From positions 523,530-587,529 of the forward strand of contig JAYQNW010000014.1 of the NCBI GenBank assembly GCA_038144485.1: a stretch of DNA of 64,000 nucleotides, read 5' to 3'. The translations under genes and the position numbers were made by a program. The notes beneath the pieces were generated by a model. It searched no databases. It was not told the DNA's origin and worked only from the letters and a program-made list of their open reading frames with translations. The stretch comes from Paracoccaceae bacterium (GTDB taxonomy: Bacteria; Pseudomonadota; Alphaproteobacteria; Rhodobacterales; Rhodobacteraceae). Below are positions 9,631 through 19,133 of the stretch, piece by piece; the stretch's first letter is position 1; every line of letters begins with the position of its first letter.

Positions 9631-10650
9631 ATGAAAAAATCCGTGATCATAGGAGCATTGACTGTAGCTGGTCTTGCGGCATCTGCTGCAGTTGCTGGCA
9701 CAATGGACGATGTAAAAGCACGTGGCAAATTGAACTGTGGCGTTACAACTGGCCTAGTTGGCTTTGCGGCACCTGACGCAAACGGCGAATGGCAAGGTTT
9801 TGACGTAGGCGTATGTCGCGCAGTTGCAGCGGCCGTTTTGGGTGACCCAAAAGCTGTTGAGTTTGTTCCAACAACAGGTAAAACACGCTTTACTGCGCTT
9901 GCATCAGGCGAAATCGACATGTTGGCACGTAACACAACATGGACATTTTCACGTGATGTGGACCTTAAATTCGAATTCACTGGCATCAACTACTATGACG
10001 GTCAGGGCTTCATGGTTCCAAAAGATCTAGGTGTTGGTTCAGCAAAAGACCTAGACGGTGCAACAGTATGTATCCAAACTGGTACAACAACAGAGTTGAA
10101 CTTGGCGGACTTCTTCCGTTCAAACAACATCTCTTACGAGCCTGTTCCAATCGAAACAAACGCAGAAGCGCAGCAGCAGTACCTAGCGGGTGCATGTGAC
10201 GTTTACACAACTGACGCATCTGGTTTGGCGGCGACTCGTGCGACATTCGAAGATCCATCAGCACACGTTGTTCTACCTGAAATCGTATCAAAAGAGCCTC
10301 TAGGCCCACTTGTACGTCACGGCGACAACAACTGGGGTGATGTTGTACGTTGGTCTTTGAACGCGTTGATCGCGGCAGAAGAGCTTGGCGTGACATCTGC
10401 AAACATCGCAGAATTGTCAGCAGCAGCAACAAACAACCCAGAAGTTAACCGTCTGTTGGGTACAGAAGGTAACTTGGGCGAAATGCTTGGCCTAGACGCA
10501 GAATGGGCAAAACGCGCGATTATGGCGGGTGGTAACTACGGCGAATTGTTCGAAAAGAACATCGGCGAAAACACACCAATCGGCCTAGCACGTGGTCTAA
10601 ACGCTCAGTGGAAAAACGGTGGTTTGATCTACACACCTCCATTCCGCTAA
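9631..10650 (+). CDS. aapJ: General L-amino-acid ABC transporter, periplasmic binding protein
   Basis: The ATG at 9631 follows aggaagagg. Signal peptide MKKSVIIGALTVAGLAASAAVA. Family-3 SBP body similar to AapJ/BztA. Confidence 0.85.
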   Translation: MKKSVIIGALTVAGLAASAAVAGTMDDVKARGKLNCGVTTGLVGFAAPDANGEWQGFDVGVCRAVAAAVLGDPKAVEFVPTTGKTRFTALASGEIDMLARNTTWTFSRDVDLKFEFTGINYYDGQGFMVPKDLGVGSAKDLDGATVCIQTGTTTELNLADFFRSNNISYEPVPIETNAEAQQQYLAGACDVYTTDASGLAATRATFEDPSAHVVLPEIVSKEPLGPLVRHGDNNWGDVVRWSLNALIAAEELGVTSANIAELSAAATNNPEVNRLLGTEGNLGEMLGLDAEWAKRAIMAGGNYGELFEKNIGENTPIGLARGLNAQWKNGGLIYTPPFR

Positions 10651-10661
10651 GTTGACCTATG

Positions 10662-10695
10662 AAAGGGTGCAGGAAATCTGCACCCTTTTCTTATT
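10662..10695 (+). terminator. Hairpin terminator/attenuator between aapJ and aapQ
   Basis: aaagggtgcag-gaaat-ctgcacccttt is an 11-bp stem followed by a T-rich tail. Confidence 0.65.
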
Positions 10696-10756
10696 CAAAA
10701 ACGGTAGTCGGGCCGTTTTGATTTTGAATTTCTACACTACATAGGGTTATCCCCAC

Positions 10757-11981
10757 ATGACATCCATCAACGACCCAAAACCAGAGTCGTTCCAGTTGTC
10801 ACAGCTTATCAACGACACGCGATATCGGTCCTATACGTTCCAATTTGTTGCATTGATCGTGCTGTTTTTCCTGGTCGGTTATCTGTATTTGAATTTGGTT
10901 GAGAACCTGCGCACTGCGGGTCTTGATATTTCTTACGAGTTTTTAGGTGAACCCGCTGGTTATGACATTAACCAAAGGCTGGTTGAATATAATAGCCAAT
11001 CTTCGCATTGGCGCGCGTCTGTTGTTGGTGTTCTAAACACCTTATTGGTTGCCTTTGTGGGATGCATTTTGGCAACGATTTTTGGTGTGACGGCGGGTGT
11101 TCTTCGCCTGTCCAACAACTGGATCGTAGCCAAGTTAATGGCCGTTTACGTTGAAATTTTCCGTAACGTGCCGGTCTTGATTTGGATCCTGATCATCAAC
11201 GCGATTTTCCTAATCGCATTGCCCCAGCCCAAGGCGTTTAAATCGCGGGGTGGCAATCCGCCAGAGGCAGAAATGCTTTGGGATTCCTTTGCGTTTACGG
11301 GGCGCGGCATTTACGCGCCGAAACCTGTTTTCGAAACAGGATCTTGGGTTGTTGTCGTGGTCTTTATCCTGTCGATTATTGGAATGTTTGCCTATCGTCG
11401 CTACACCAAGTTAGCGTTGTATGCGCATGGCCGTGATCTGCCACGTGGTTGGCCCTCGCTTGCGATTTTGTTTGTCCCTGCCATTTTGGTCTATTTTGTT
11501 ATGGGCAGTCCCATTGGACTAGAATACCCAGAGCTTAAGGGCTTTAACTTCAAAGGTGGCATCTGGGCGCGCGGTTCATTTGTGGCGCTGACATTCGCGC
11601 TTGCGATTTATACGGGTGCGTTTATCGCCGAAAACGTGCGCGCAGGTATCCTTGCGATTTCCAAGGGTCAGACAGAGGCCGCCGCGGCATTGGGTATTCG
11701 CCCTGGCCGTATTATGAGCCTTAGTAATACTACCCCAGGCGTTGCGCGTGATCATCCCGCCCATGATTTCCAACTTCTTAAACCTCACCAAAAACTCGTC
11801 ATTGGCGATTGCGGTTGGGTATATGGATATCACGGGGACATTGGGTGGCATCACCTTGAACCAAACAGGACGCGCGATCGAAGCGATCCTATTGTTGATG
11901 GCATTCTATCTTGCGATCAGCCTTGGCATCTCTGCGATCATGAACGTCTATAACAACTCAATCAAACTGAAGGAGCGCTAA
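10757..11981 (+). pseudogene. aapQ: Amino-acid ABC permease AapQ/BztB interrupted by a +1 nt frameshift near 11720-11723
   Basis: The frame of 10757 reads GIRPGRIMSL and then nonsense. The frame of 11724 continues VILPQALRVIIPPMISNFLNLTKNSSLAIAVGY...NNSIKLKER, the conserved permease C-terminus. Confidence 0.85.
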
Positions 11982-11982
11982 G

Positions 11983-13269
11983 ATGAGTGATCAATCTATT
12001 GCATTCGTGCGCCACGAAACACTGCCTCCTTCTCCGCCCCCTGCGTCTGAAACGGGTATTGTAAAATGGATGCGTGAAAATCTGTTTTCATCTGTCACAA
12101 ACTCTATCCTGACGCTTGCGGCCCTTTATGGGATTTATTCGATTTTGTCTGGATCCATGCCATGGATTTTGGGCGGGATTTGGCAGGCGCCATCACTTCA
12201 GGCGTGCCGTGAAATTTTGGCAGGGGACTCTGCAGGGTGTTTTGCGGTTTTGACGGAACGTTGGCACCAGTTGATCTTTGGTTTCAAATATCCGCAAGAG
12301 GCCTATTGGCGTCCAACATTGGCTTTCGTTCTTCTGATCGTTGCCGTCGCGCCCGTTTTGTTTGCAAATCTACCGCGTCGCATGTTGATCCTAACCGGCC
12401 TCTATCCGTTCATCGGGTTCTGGTTGATCTGGGGCGGGACGATTATGGCACCCTTGATGGGCCTTGTTGGGTTCATCGTCGCCTATATGGTTTTCCAGCG
12501 CCTTGAACGTTCAAGCTTTGCGATGGGGGCATTAGGTGGCTTGGTCGCCGCGATCATCGTTTGGACACTTGGCGGGTATGTCAGTGACGCGATGAGCGGT
12601 TTCCTCGCGCTTGAACAAATTCCATCGCGCGACATGGGTGGGTTCATGTTGAACATCATCCTTGGTACGGTCTGTGTCTCGCTGTCCTTGCCGATTGGTA
12701 TTCTGCTTGCGCTGGGACGTCAGTCGAACATGCCGATCATCAAAATCATCTGTGTTGTGTTCATCGAATTTATTCGTGGCGTTCCGCTGATCACGCTTTT
12801 GTTCGTGGCAAACGTTGTGTTGGCCTATTTCCTACCGCCAGGGACAACCTTTGACCTGATCCTGCGCGTGATCATCATGATCACTATGTTCTCTTCGGCC
12901 TATATCGCCGAGGTGATCCGTGGTGGCCTTGCGGCCCTACCGCGTGGTCAGTACGAGGCGGGCGATAGCTTGGGGCTTGATTACGCGCAATCGATGCGTT
13001 TGATCATTCTGCCACAAGCGTTGAAGATTTCGATCCCAGGTATCGTAAACGTTGCGGTGGGTCTGTTCAAAGACACCACACTGGTTTCCGTGATCTCAAT
13101 GTTCGATCTGGTGGGTATGATCCGCGGACCGATCTTAGCATCAACGGAATGGAACGGCGTTTATTGGGAACTGTTTGGCTTTGCCTCGCTTCTGTTCTTC
13201 ATCATCTGCTACGGCATTTCACAATACTCACAATGGCTCGAGCGTCAGCTCGCGACCGATCATCGATAA
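11983..13269 (+). CDS. aapM: Amino-acid ABC permease AapM/BztC
   Basis: 428-aa polytopic protein with the EAA-type loop (AYIAEVIRGGLAALPRGQYEAGDSLGL). Confidence 0.85.
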   Translation: MSDQSIAFVRHETLPPSPPPASETGIVKWMRENLFSSVTNSILTLAALYGIYSILSGSMPWILGGIWQAPSLQACREILAGDSAGCFAVLTERWHQLIFGFKYPQEAYWRPTLAFVLLIVAVAPVLFANLPRRMLILTGLYPFIGFWLIWGGTIMAPLMGLVGFIVAYMVFQRLERSSFAMGALGGLVAAIIVWTLGGYVSDAMSGFLALEQIPSRDMGGFMLNIILGTVCVSLSLPIGILLALGRQSNMPIIKIICVVFIEFIRGVPLITLLFVANVVLAYFLPPGTTFDLILRVIIMITMFSSAYIAEVIRGGLAALPRGQYEAGDSLGLDYAQSMRLIILPQALKISIPGIVNVAVGLFKDTTLVSVISMFDLVGMIRGPILASTEWNGVYWELFGFASLLFFIICYGISQYSQWLERQLATDHR

Positions 13270-13285
13270 TTAGGAGGTCTTGATT

Positions 13286-14050
13286 ATGGCCCAGGCACAA
13301 ATGACCGTCTCAGACGAGGTCGCAATTCAAATCCAAGATATGAACAAATGGTACGGATCGTTCCATGTTCTTCGGGATATCAACTTAACCGTTCATCGTG
13401 GCGAACGCATTGTTATTGCGGGTCCATCTGGTTCGGGTAAATCAACATTGATCCGCTGCATCAACCGTTTGGAAGAGCACCAGCGCGGTCAAATCATTGT
13501 TGATGGAACCGAATTGTCATCGGATTTGAAAAACATCGACAAAATCCGTTCAGAGGTGGGGATGGTGTTCCAACACTTTAACCTATTCCCACATTTGACG
13601 ATTTTGGAAAACTGCACGCTGGCTCCGATTTGGGTGCGTAAAACGCCCAAGAAAGAAGCAGAAGAAACAGCGATGCACTTCCTTGAAAAGGTTAAAATCC
13701 CTGAACAGGCGCTTAAATATCCAGGCCAACTGTCTGGTGGTCAACAGCAGCGTGTGGCGATAGCGCGTTCCTTGTGTATGCGGCCGCGCATTATGTTGTT
13801 CGATGAACCAACTTCAGCGCTCGACCCAGAAATGATCAAAGAGGTGTTGGACACCATGATCGAATTGGCAGAAGAGGGGATGACCATGTTGTGTGTGACG
13901 CACGAAATGGGATTTGCGCGTCAGGTTGCAAACCGCGTCATCTTTATGGACGAAGGTCAAATTGTTGAACAAAACGAACCAGAAGAGTTCTTTAACAATC
14001 CAAAATCAGAGCGTACCAAATTATTTTTGTCCCAGATTTTGGGACATTAA
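13286..14050 (+). CDS. aapP: Amino-acid ABC transporter ATP-binding protein
   Basis: The ATG at 13286 lies 8 nt after aggagg. Walker [10 protein letters not shown], signature LSGGQQQR, Walker [12 protein letters not shown]. Confidence 0.9.
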   Translation: MAQAQMTVSDEVAIQIQDMNKWYGSFHVLRDINLTVHRGERIVIAGPSGSGKSTLIRCINRLEEHQRGQIIVDGTELSSDLKNIDKIRSEVGMVFQHFNLFPHLTILENCTLAPIWVRKTPKKEAEETAMHFLEKVKIPEQALKYPGQLSGGQQQRVAIARSLCMRPRIMLFDEPTSALDPEMIKEVLDTMIELAEEGMTMLCVTHEMGFARQVANRVIFMDEGQIVEQNEPEEFFNNPKSERTKLFLSQILGH

Positions 14051-14147
14051 TGTTGGATGAAACGCTGGTTCTAAGTGTTAAATAGACAACGGGTTAAGTT
14101 GCATGAACTAACCATAGATTTGTTAAAATAAATCACGAGGCTGACAC

Positions 14148-14912
14148 ATGTCATCAGATTTAAACTTGGATATTTATGTGATTAGCCTACCTGATGCACA
14201 CGATAGACGTGAGAGAGTGCAGCGCGAGTTTTCCAGCCTCGGGTTGCATTTTCAGTTTTTTAATGGAGTGGACGCGAACTCATTAAGAGAGCAGTTACTT
14301 TCAAATGCTGATGTTGAGTTATGGGAGCGCAATATGGGCGCCAAGTTAACAATGGGGCATCTTGGCTGCTATATGGCCCACGTCGATCTATGGAAAAAAG
14401 TGAGTTCTTTGAATAAACCAGTACTAATTTGTGAGGACGATGTGGTTTTTTCTAAAAACTTTTTAGAAGCTTTAGAAAAGGCACTTCATCTTCAGGATGC
14501 TTGGGACATTTGTCGATTATCAAAAATAAGGGCTATCGGTCCGATAACGGTACAGAGATTAGAAAATTTTGAATTAAACTACTACTGGGGTCCGTTCACA
14601 GGTAACGCTTGCTATCTTATACATCCACTGGTCGCCAAGAAACTTTCAAATTCCTTTTTGCCAATAACAAGAGCGCATGATCACGAGTTAAACAGGTTTT
14701 TTGTACACGGTATTAGACTTACTGGATTGGAGCCCTTCTCCGCTAGCCCTGTTGACCATGGATTGAGTTACATCACAGGGGACCATAATGATAATGTGCA
14801 TAAATTGCATAAATTAAAGAGGGCACCGCATTATTTTCTTAAGCTCAGTAATTATGTGCGTCGTTTTATATGGTTATGGAAGAATGGTATCATTACAATA
14901 CGCTCCAGGTAA
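14148..14912 (+). CDS. Family-25 glycosyltransferase (LPS/LOS core type)
   Basis: 254 aa. The N-terminus IYVISLPDAHDRRERVQREF...FFNGVD is the GT25 signature, and a CEDDVVF acidic motif is present. Confidence 0.8.
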   Translation: MSSDLNLDIYVISLPDAHDRRERVQREFSSLGLHFQFFNGVDANSLREQLLSNADVELWERNMGAKLTMGHLGCYMAHVDLWKKVSSLNKPVLICEDDVVFSKNFLEALEKALHLQDAWDICRLSKIRAIGPITVQRLENFELNYYWGPFTGNACYLIHPLVAKKLSNSFLPITRAHDHELNRFFVHGIRLTGLEPFSASPVDHGLSYITGDHNDNVHKLHKLKRAPHYFLKLSNYVRRFIWLWKNGIITIRSR

Positions 14913-15080
14913 AACGTCTATGTCGTGCGGGCAGTAAATTAATTTTTTGGATTGAGTGTGGATCAAAGATACTTTTGTGTAGTTTATTTTCGAAAAGGTA
15001 AATTTTGTTACAACAACTTGCTCTATTTTCTAGTTAATCCTGTGGATCGCTGTACAATAAACATCTTTCCATATGGGTTG

Positions 15081-15899
15081 TTAACCGCCCCAGATTCGAT
15101 ATTTTTCCTGAAAATATTTTATACATGCACGATTTGCTGCGACGCGACCGTAGCCGTTGTATACAAAGTTTCGCAAAGCAGCATCTTTAATCTCATTAGA
15201 GTTTGAGGAAGCGCGTACTTTATTTTTCACATTTAGCCAAATAGGTACCGCGCACCGCTCCAAACAGCCTGACAGCCATACATCATCCACGGTCCACAGT
15301 AATTCTGGGATTTCAAATGACAGTTGATCAAAGAATTCTGGACGCACTAGAACACCGCCCCAGCCTTCTAATATATCGACATATCCTGAAGAAGTGCCCT
15401 TAGACGGCTTCCATGTTCCAAGTGACACTGCCCGTTTGACCCTATACAAAATATTTTTATTGAGAAATTGTGCTTGCGGTTTACGATTTGAGGTCCAGGC
15501 GTTTGCCGCATAATTGGGCATTTTGAGAAAACCCCCTTCTTCGCATATTGCATGCCCGGGGCGCTCTTCAGCAGCTTGTATAAATCTCTGGGCCCAACTT
15601 GGGTCATAAACCTTATCATCGTCACAAAATAAGATCATTACATCTTGGTTTTTATATTCTTTTACCGCAGGTAAAACTTTGGTTGCAGGCCCATAATCTT
15701 GCGGAACGATGCGTAAATTTACGCCTTCTGGTAAGATGGGCAGTTCATATTCTTTATACGAAAAGCGCTTGTATTGTTTAGGAATGTAAAGATTTATGGC
15801 ATCGATTTCTGCGTTTTGCCTTAACAGCCCTCTGAGGTTTTCTCCAACATATGGAAAGCGTGGAGGTACCGTTGTTAGTGAAATAATTAACTTCGTCAT
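15081..15899 (-). CDS. Putative GT-A-fold glycosyltransferase, family not recognised
   Basis: 272 aa with IISLTTVPPRF and the DxD-like motif ILFCDDDKVYD. ATGA overlap with the upstream gene. Confidence 0.55.
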   Translation of the reverse strand: MTKLIISLTTVPPRFPYVGENLRGLLRQNAEIDAINLYIPKQYKRFSYKEYELPILPEGVNLRIVPQDYGPATKVLPAVKEYKNQDVMILFCDDDKVYDPSWAQRFIQAAEERPGHAICEEGGFLKMPNYAANAWTSNRKPQAQFLNKNILYRVKRAVSLGTWKPSKGTSSGYVDILEGWGGVLVRPEFFDQLSFEIPELLWTVDDVWLSGCLERCAVPIWLNVKNKVRASSNSNEIKDAALRNFVYNGYGRVAANRACIKYFQEKYRIWGG

Positions 15900-16666
15900 T
15901 GTTGCAGACTACCGCCGTTATTAACCCAGTATTCGACCATCCAAGGAACTGGCCCTTTCCCATAATGTGGAAAACGATCCCAATTCCCTTGAGGTGGGCA
16001 GATTAAGTCTATAGGCCGTGGTCTGCCGTGAAAACAGATTATTTTTACAGATTGATTAGGTTGTGAAGGTCCTTTAAACCGGTCAATTAGTAAAGGCTGG
16101 CGGAGATGGTACTTGTAACTTTTAATCCACTCCTGTGGCCAATATCTGATACCAGAAAGCTCACCATGCAAATAGTCTTGTTCAATCTTATATTCGTTTA
16201 TAAGTTTGTCCCGTTGCCTGCGTAACTTTTCCACAACCCAGCCCATTTTTCCAAAATCGAATGCAAAGATTCCAGTCCCTGTCCTTGGTGGTGAGTCGAC
16301 ATAACGCCAAGGTGCAGAGTCCAACGCAATAAAGTCTCCTTCACACTGAAAAAATTCATCGAGACTAGCCCAGATCACAGTGTCTAGGTCAATAAATAAG
16401 CCGCGGCCTGTTAGTCCATAGAGTTGTTGCTTAAATACGCTTATTTTTGGCCACGCCCCGTGTCTCCAATGCGACTGTTCGAGGCCAATATCTGGTATAG
16501 GAAACGCTTCGACCCCGTTTGCGAGACCTTCAGCATGATCCGTTAAACATACAAATCTAAAATCGCCAGTAATATTCGCTTTACATGCGTTGAAGAGTAC
16601 GTTCACGTAATCCGCCGAATAAAGGGTACCCCATTTCATGCAGATTACAACTCGGTCTGTTAACAT
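15896..16666 (-). CDS. Putative nucleotide-diphospho-sugar transferase, uncharacterised family
   Basis: 256 aa with VVICMKWGTLYSADYVNVL and the DxD-like motif FIDLDTVI. Co-oriented and translationally coupled with 15081-15899. Confidence 0.5.
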   Translation of the reverse strand: MLTDRVVICMKWGTLYSADYVNVLFNACKANITGDFRFVCLTDHAEGLANGVEAFPIPDIGLEQSHWRHGAWPKISVFKQQLYGLTGRGLFIDLDTVIWASLDEFFQCEGDFIALDSAPWRYVDSPPRTGTGIFAFDFGKMGWVVEKLRRQRDKLINEYKIEQDYLHGELSGIRYWPQEWIKSYKYHLRQPLLIDRFKGPSQPNQSVKIICFHGRPRPIDLICPPQGNWDRFPHYGKGPVPWMVEYWVNNGGSLQQ

Positions 16667-16726
16667 TATTTTGGAACTCTTGCACTTAGTGTTTGTTGTA
16701 CAACTCTATCTATAAGGTTATGACGA

Positions 16727-17875
16727 ATGTCAAAGAAGTTGATAACAGTGGCAAGAATGCGTAAACTTTTATTTGTAACAGGTACTCGCGCAGATTTTGG
16801 TAAGCTTGAGCCCCTTGCATTGTCAGCACGTGATCAAGGGTTTGATGTGACGTTTTGGGTCACGGGTATGCATATGCTTGAGCGTTACGGTTTAACAAAA
16901 ATAGAGGTTCAACGATTACAGGGTGTTAGCGTCTCAGAATTCGCCAACCAAGATGGAACTGAGGCCCAAGACTTAATATTAGCCAATACTGTTATAGGTT
17001 TTTCAAAGTTTGTCCAAATGCACCAACCAGATCTTGTAATCGTGCATGGTGATAGAATTGAAGCGCTCGCATGTGCTATAGTTTGTGCCACGAATTATAT
17101 TCGTTGCGCGCACATCGAAGGTGGGGAAATTTCTGGTACAATAGATGAGATACTCAGGCATTGTAATACTAAACTCGCTTCTTTTCACTTTGTAAGTTCA
17201 GAAAAAGCAGCAGAGCGAGTAGCACGCTTAGGAGAGCCAAAAGATAAAATCTACGTTATTGGATCCCCGGAATTAGATTTCCACCTAAGGTCTTCGGGAG
17301 TTCAGATAGAAGAGGTGCGCGCGCACTACAGTATTCCATTTAAGGACTTCGGTATTTGCACTTTTCATCCTGTGACTTCGGAACAAGATACTATGGCAGA
17401 ACAAGCGCGCAGTTTTTTTGAAGCATTAAATATTTCAGGACGAAGTTTTGTTGTAATACTACCCAACAATGACCCAGGTGCTGGCATTATTTTTTCAGAA
17501 ATCGAGAAATTGCCCAAGGATAGATTTAGAGTTTTGCCTTCAATGCGTTTCGCACATTTCTCAGAACTTATGAAAAATGCTGCCTGCATAGTTGGCAATT
17601 CATCTGCGGGAGTACGCGAAGCGCCATTTTTATGTGTGCCTTCATTAGATGTGGGGACGCGTCAAAACAGGCGTGCAGCAAGCAATTCCATAACTAATGT
17701 TGAGGCAGATGATCAATCGTCTATTTTGAACTTCTTAAAAAACGAGTGGGGAAAGCGTTACCCTGAATGTAAAGAGTTTGGCCAAGGATCTGCGGCTGAA
17801 AGGTTCGTGCAATTACTTCACAATGATACTTTTTGGCAAACTGATTTACAAAAGACTTTTGTTGATCATGCATAG
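16727..17875 (+). CDS. neuC: Hydrolysing UDP-N-acetylglucosamine 2-epimerase (NeuC/GNE family)
   Basis: Contains LLFVTGTRADFGKLEPL, VHGDRIEAL and HIEGGEISGTIDEILRHCNTKLA, which match the NeuC/GNE epimerase core motifs. Confidence 0.8.
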   Translation: MSKKLITVARMRKLLFVTGTRADFGKLEPLALSARDQGFDVTFWVTGMHMLERYGLTKIEVQRLQGVSVSEFANQDGTEAQDLILANTVIGFSKFVQMHQPDLVIVHGDRIEALACAIVCATNYIRCAHIEGGEISGTIDEILRHCNTKLASFHFVSSEKAAERVARLGEPKDKIYVIGSPELDFHLRSSGVQIEEVRAHYSIPFKDFGICTFHPVTSEQDTMAEQARSFFEALNISGRSFVVILPNNDPGAGIIFSEIEKLPKDRFRVLPSMRFAHFSELMKNAACIVGNSSAGVREAPFLCVPSLDVGTRQNRRAASNSITNVEADDQSSILNFLKNEWGKRYPECKEFGQGSAAERFVQLLHNDTFWQTDLQKTFVDHA

Positions 17876-19133
17876 TGCTTTTCCATCAGGTATTTGGGGC
17901 ATTTATCTGAGGATGTCCATTATACTCGCCCCTCTGTTACGCTTGCAATTGAAACGGCGTATCGCAAAAGGAAAGGAAGAACCTTCCAGACTACCAGAGC
18001 GCTATGGATGCAGTGATATTATCCGACCTAAAGGTTCACTTATATGGCTGCACGCGGTTGGTTTGGGTGAAGTTATGGCCCTTCGGGGCTTCATTATACT
18101 ATTGGCAAAATGCTCACCAGAATCCTACTTTCTAGTTACTTCTAGTACAAAGGCTTCTGCTCAAGTATTTAAGGAAAATCTTCCCCCACGAACTATTCAT
18201 CAATATTTTCCATTAGATGTGCCAGTATATTGCAAACGCTTCCTTGAACATTGGAAACCAAATTTATGTATTTGGTCTGAACAAGAAATATGGCCTGGTA
18301 TGGTATGGTGCAATTCCGAAGCAGATATTCCCCAAGTTTTGATCAATGCCAGAATGAATAAAAAATCCTATGCTTCCAGGTCTCGTTTTAAAGGCATGTT
18401 TGAGAAAATCTATCGTACGTTTCCCATCATTTCAGCACAAGATGATAAATGTGCCCAGTACATCAAAAAGTTAGGTGGGCATGCAAAAGTTGATGGATCA
18501 CTTAAACCAATTGCTCCACCTTTGCATTGCGTAGAGAGCAATTTACGCCAAAGAAAAATGCAAATAGGAGATCGACCAGTTCTTTGCTTAGCATCATCTC
18601 ATGAGGCTGATGAAAATATTTTGTTGAATGCATTGGGATCGATCCCAGAAAATATACTTATAGTTTTAGTACCTAGAAACATTGAAAGATCTCATTTAAT
18701 TCGCAAAACAATTGAGGACATGGGTGTGTCTATTTCCGTAGGTGATCAGCACATAGACAGTAATATTCGTGTTCATTTGGTCGACAAGTTTGGTGAACTT
18801 GGCATATGGTATCGTGTGTGTTCGGTTGCATTTATCGGTGGCACTTTTGATGAAACTCAGGGTCATAACCCTTGGGAAGCCATCCACTTAAATTGTCCAG
18901 TATTGCACGGACCGAATATCAACAATTTTAAACTTGACTATGTTCAATTAGATGCCGGTGGGTTATCTCATTTAATATTTAATAGTGATGACCTTGCAGC
19001 CTACGTTGAATTGACTTGCAATCAAACATCTGCACAACAAGAAAGTGAAAGTTTTAACCCGCTGGTGACAGACTTAGAGAAGCTAGCCACTGATTTATTA
19101 GCACTGATGGACGGTGACCGTGTCGACAATTAG
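17868..19133 (+). CDS. waaA: GT30 3-deoxy-D-manno-octulosonic acid transferase paralogue 1
   Basis: The ATG at 17868 overlaps the neuC stop by 8 nt. Contains EEPSRLPERYG, IWLHAVGLGEV and GGTFDETQGHNPWEA, the WaaA/KdtA motifs. Confidence 0.8.
   Translation: MHSAFPSGIWGIYLRMSIILAPLLRLQLKRRIAKGKEEPSRLPERYGCSDIIRPKGSLIWLHAVGLGEVMALRGFIILLAKCSPESYFLVTSSTKASAQVFKENLPPRTIHQYFPLDVPVYCKRFLEHWKPNLCIWSEQEIWPGMVWCNSEADIPQVLINARMNKKSYASRSRFKGMFEKIYRTFPIISAQDDKCAQYIKKLGGHAKVDGSLKPIAPPLHCVESNLRQRKMQIGDRPVLCLASSHEADENILLNALGSIPENILIVLVPRNIERSHLIRKTIEDMGVSISVGDQHIDSNIRVHLVDKFGELGIWYRVCSVAFIGGTFDETQGHNPWEAIHLNCPVLHGPNINNFKLDYVQLDAGGLSHLIFNSDDLAAYVELTCNQTSAQQESESFNPLVTDLEKLATDLLALMDGDRVDN

Noticed and set aside
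11724-11953. Taking the 10757-frame ORF through to 11953 as the true C-terminus of AapQ.
   Set aside because: After 11722 that frame reads SNTTPGVARDHPAHDFQLLKPHQ..., which is hydrophilic and unlike any ABC permease. The +1 frame carries the conserved C-terminus.
14051-14147. Direct repeats or att-like sites flanking the 13-kb block and the 1.3-kb secretin insertion.
   Set aside because: Comparing 14051-14147 with 27272-27325, and 45071-45155 with 46284-46455, by eye gave only trivial AT-rich matches such as gttaaa. I cannot support a defined integration scar.
14952-15206. 84-aa plus-strand ORF in the convergent spacer after the GT25 gene.
   Set aside because: It overlaps the 3' end of the minus-strand glycosyltransferase. 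The sequence is low-complexity and Phe/Tyr/Cys-rich, with no start context.
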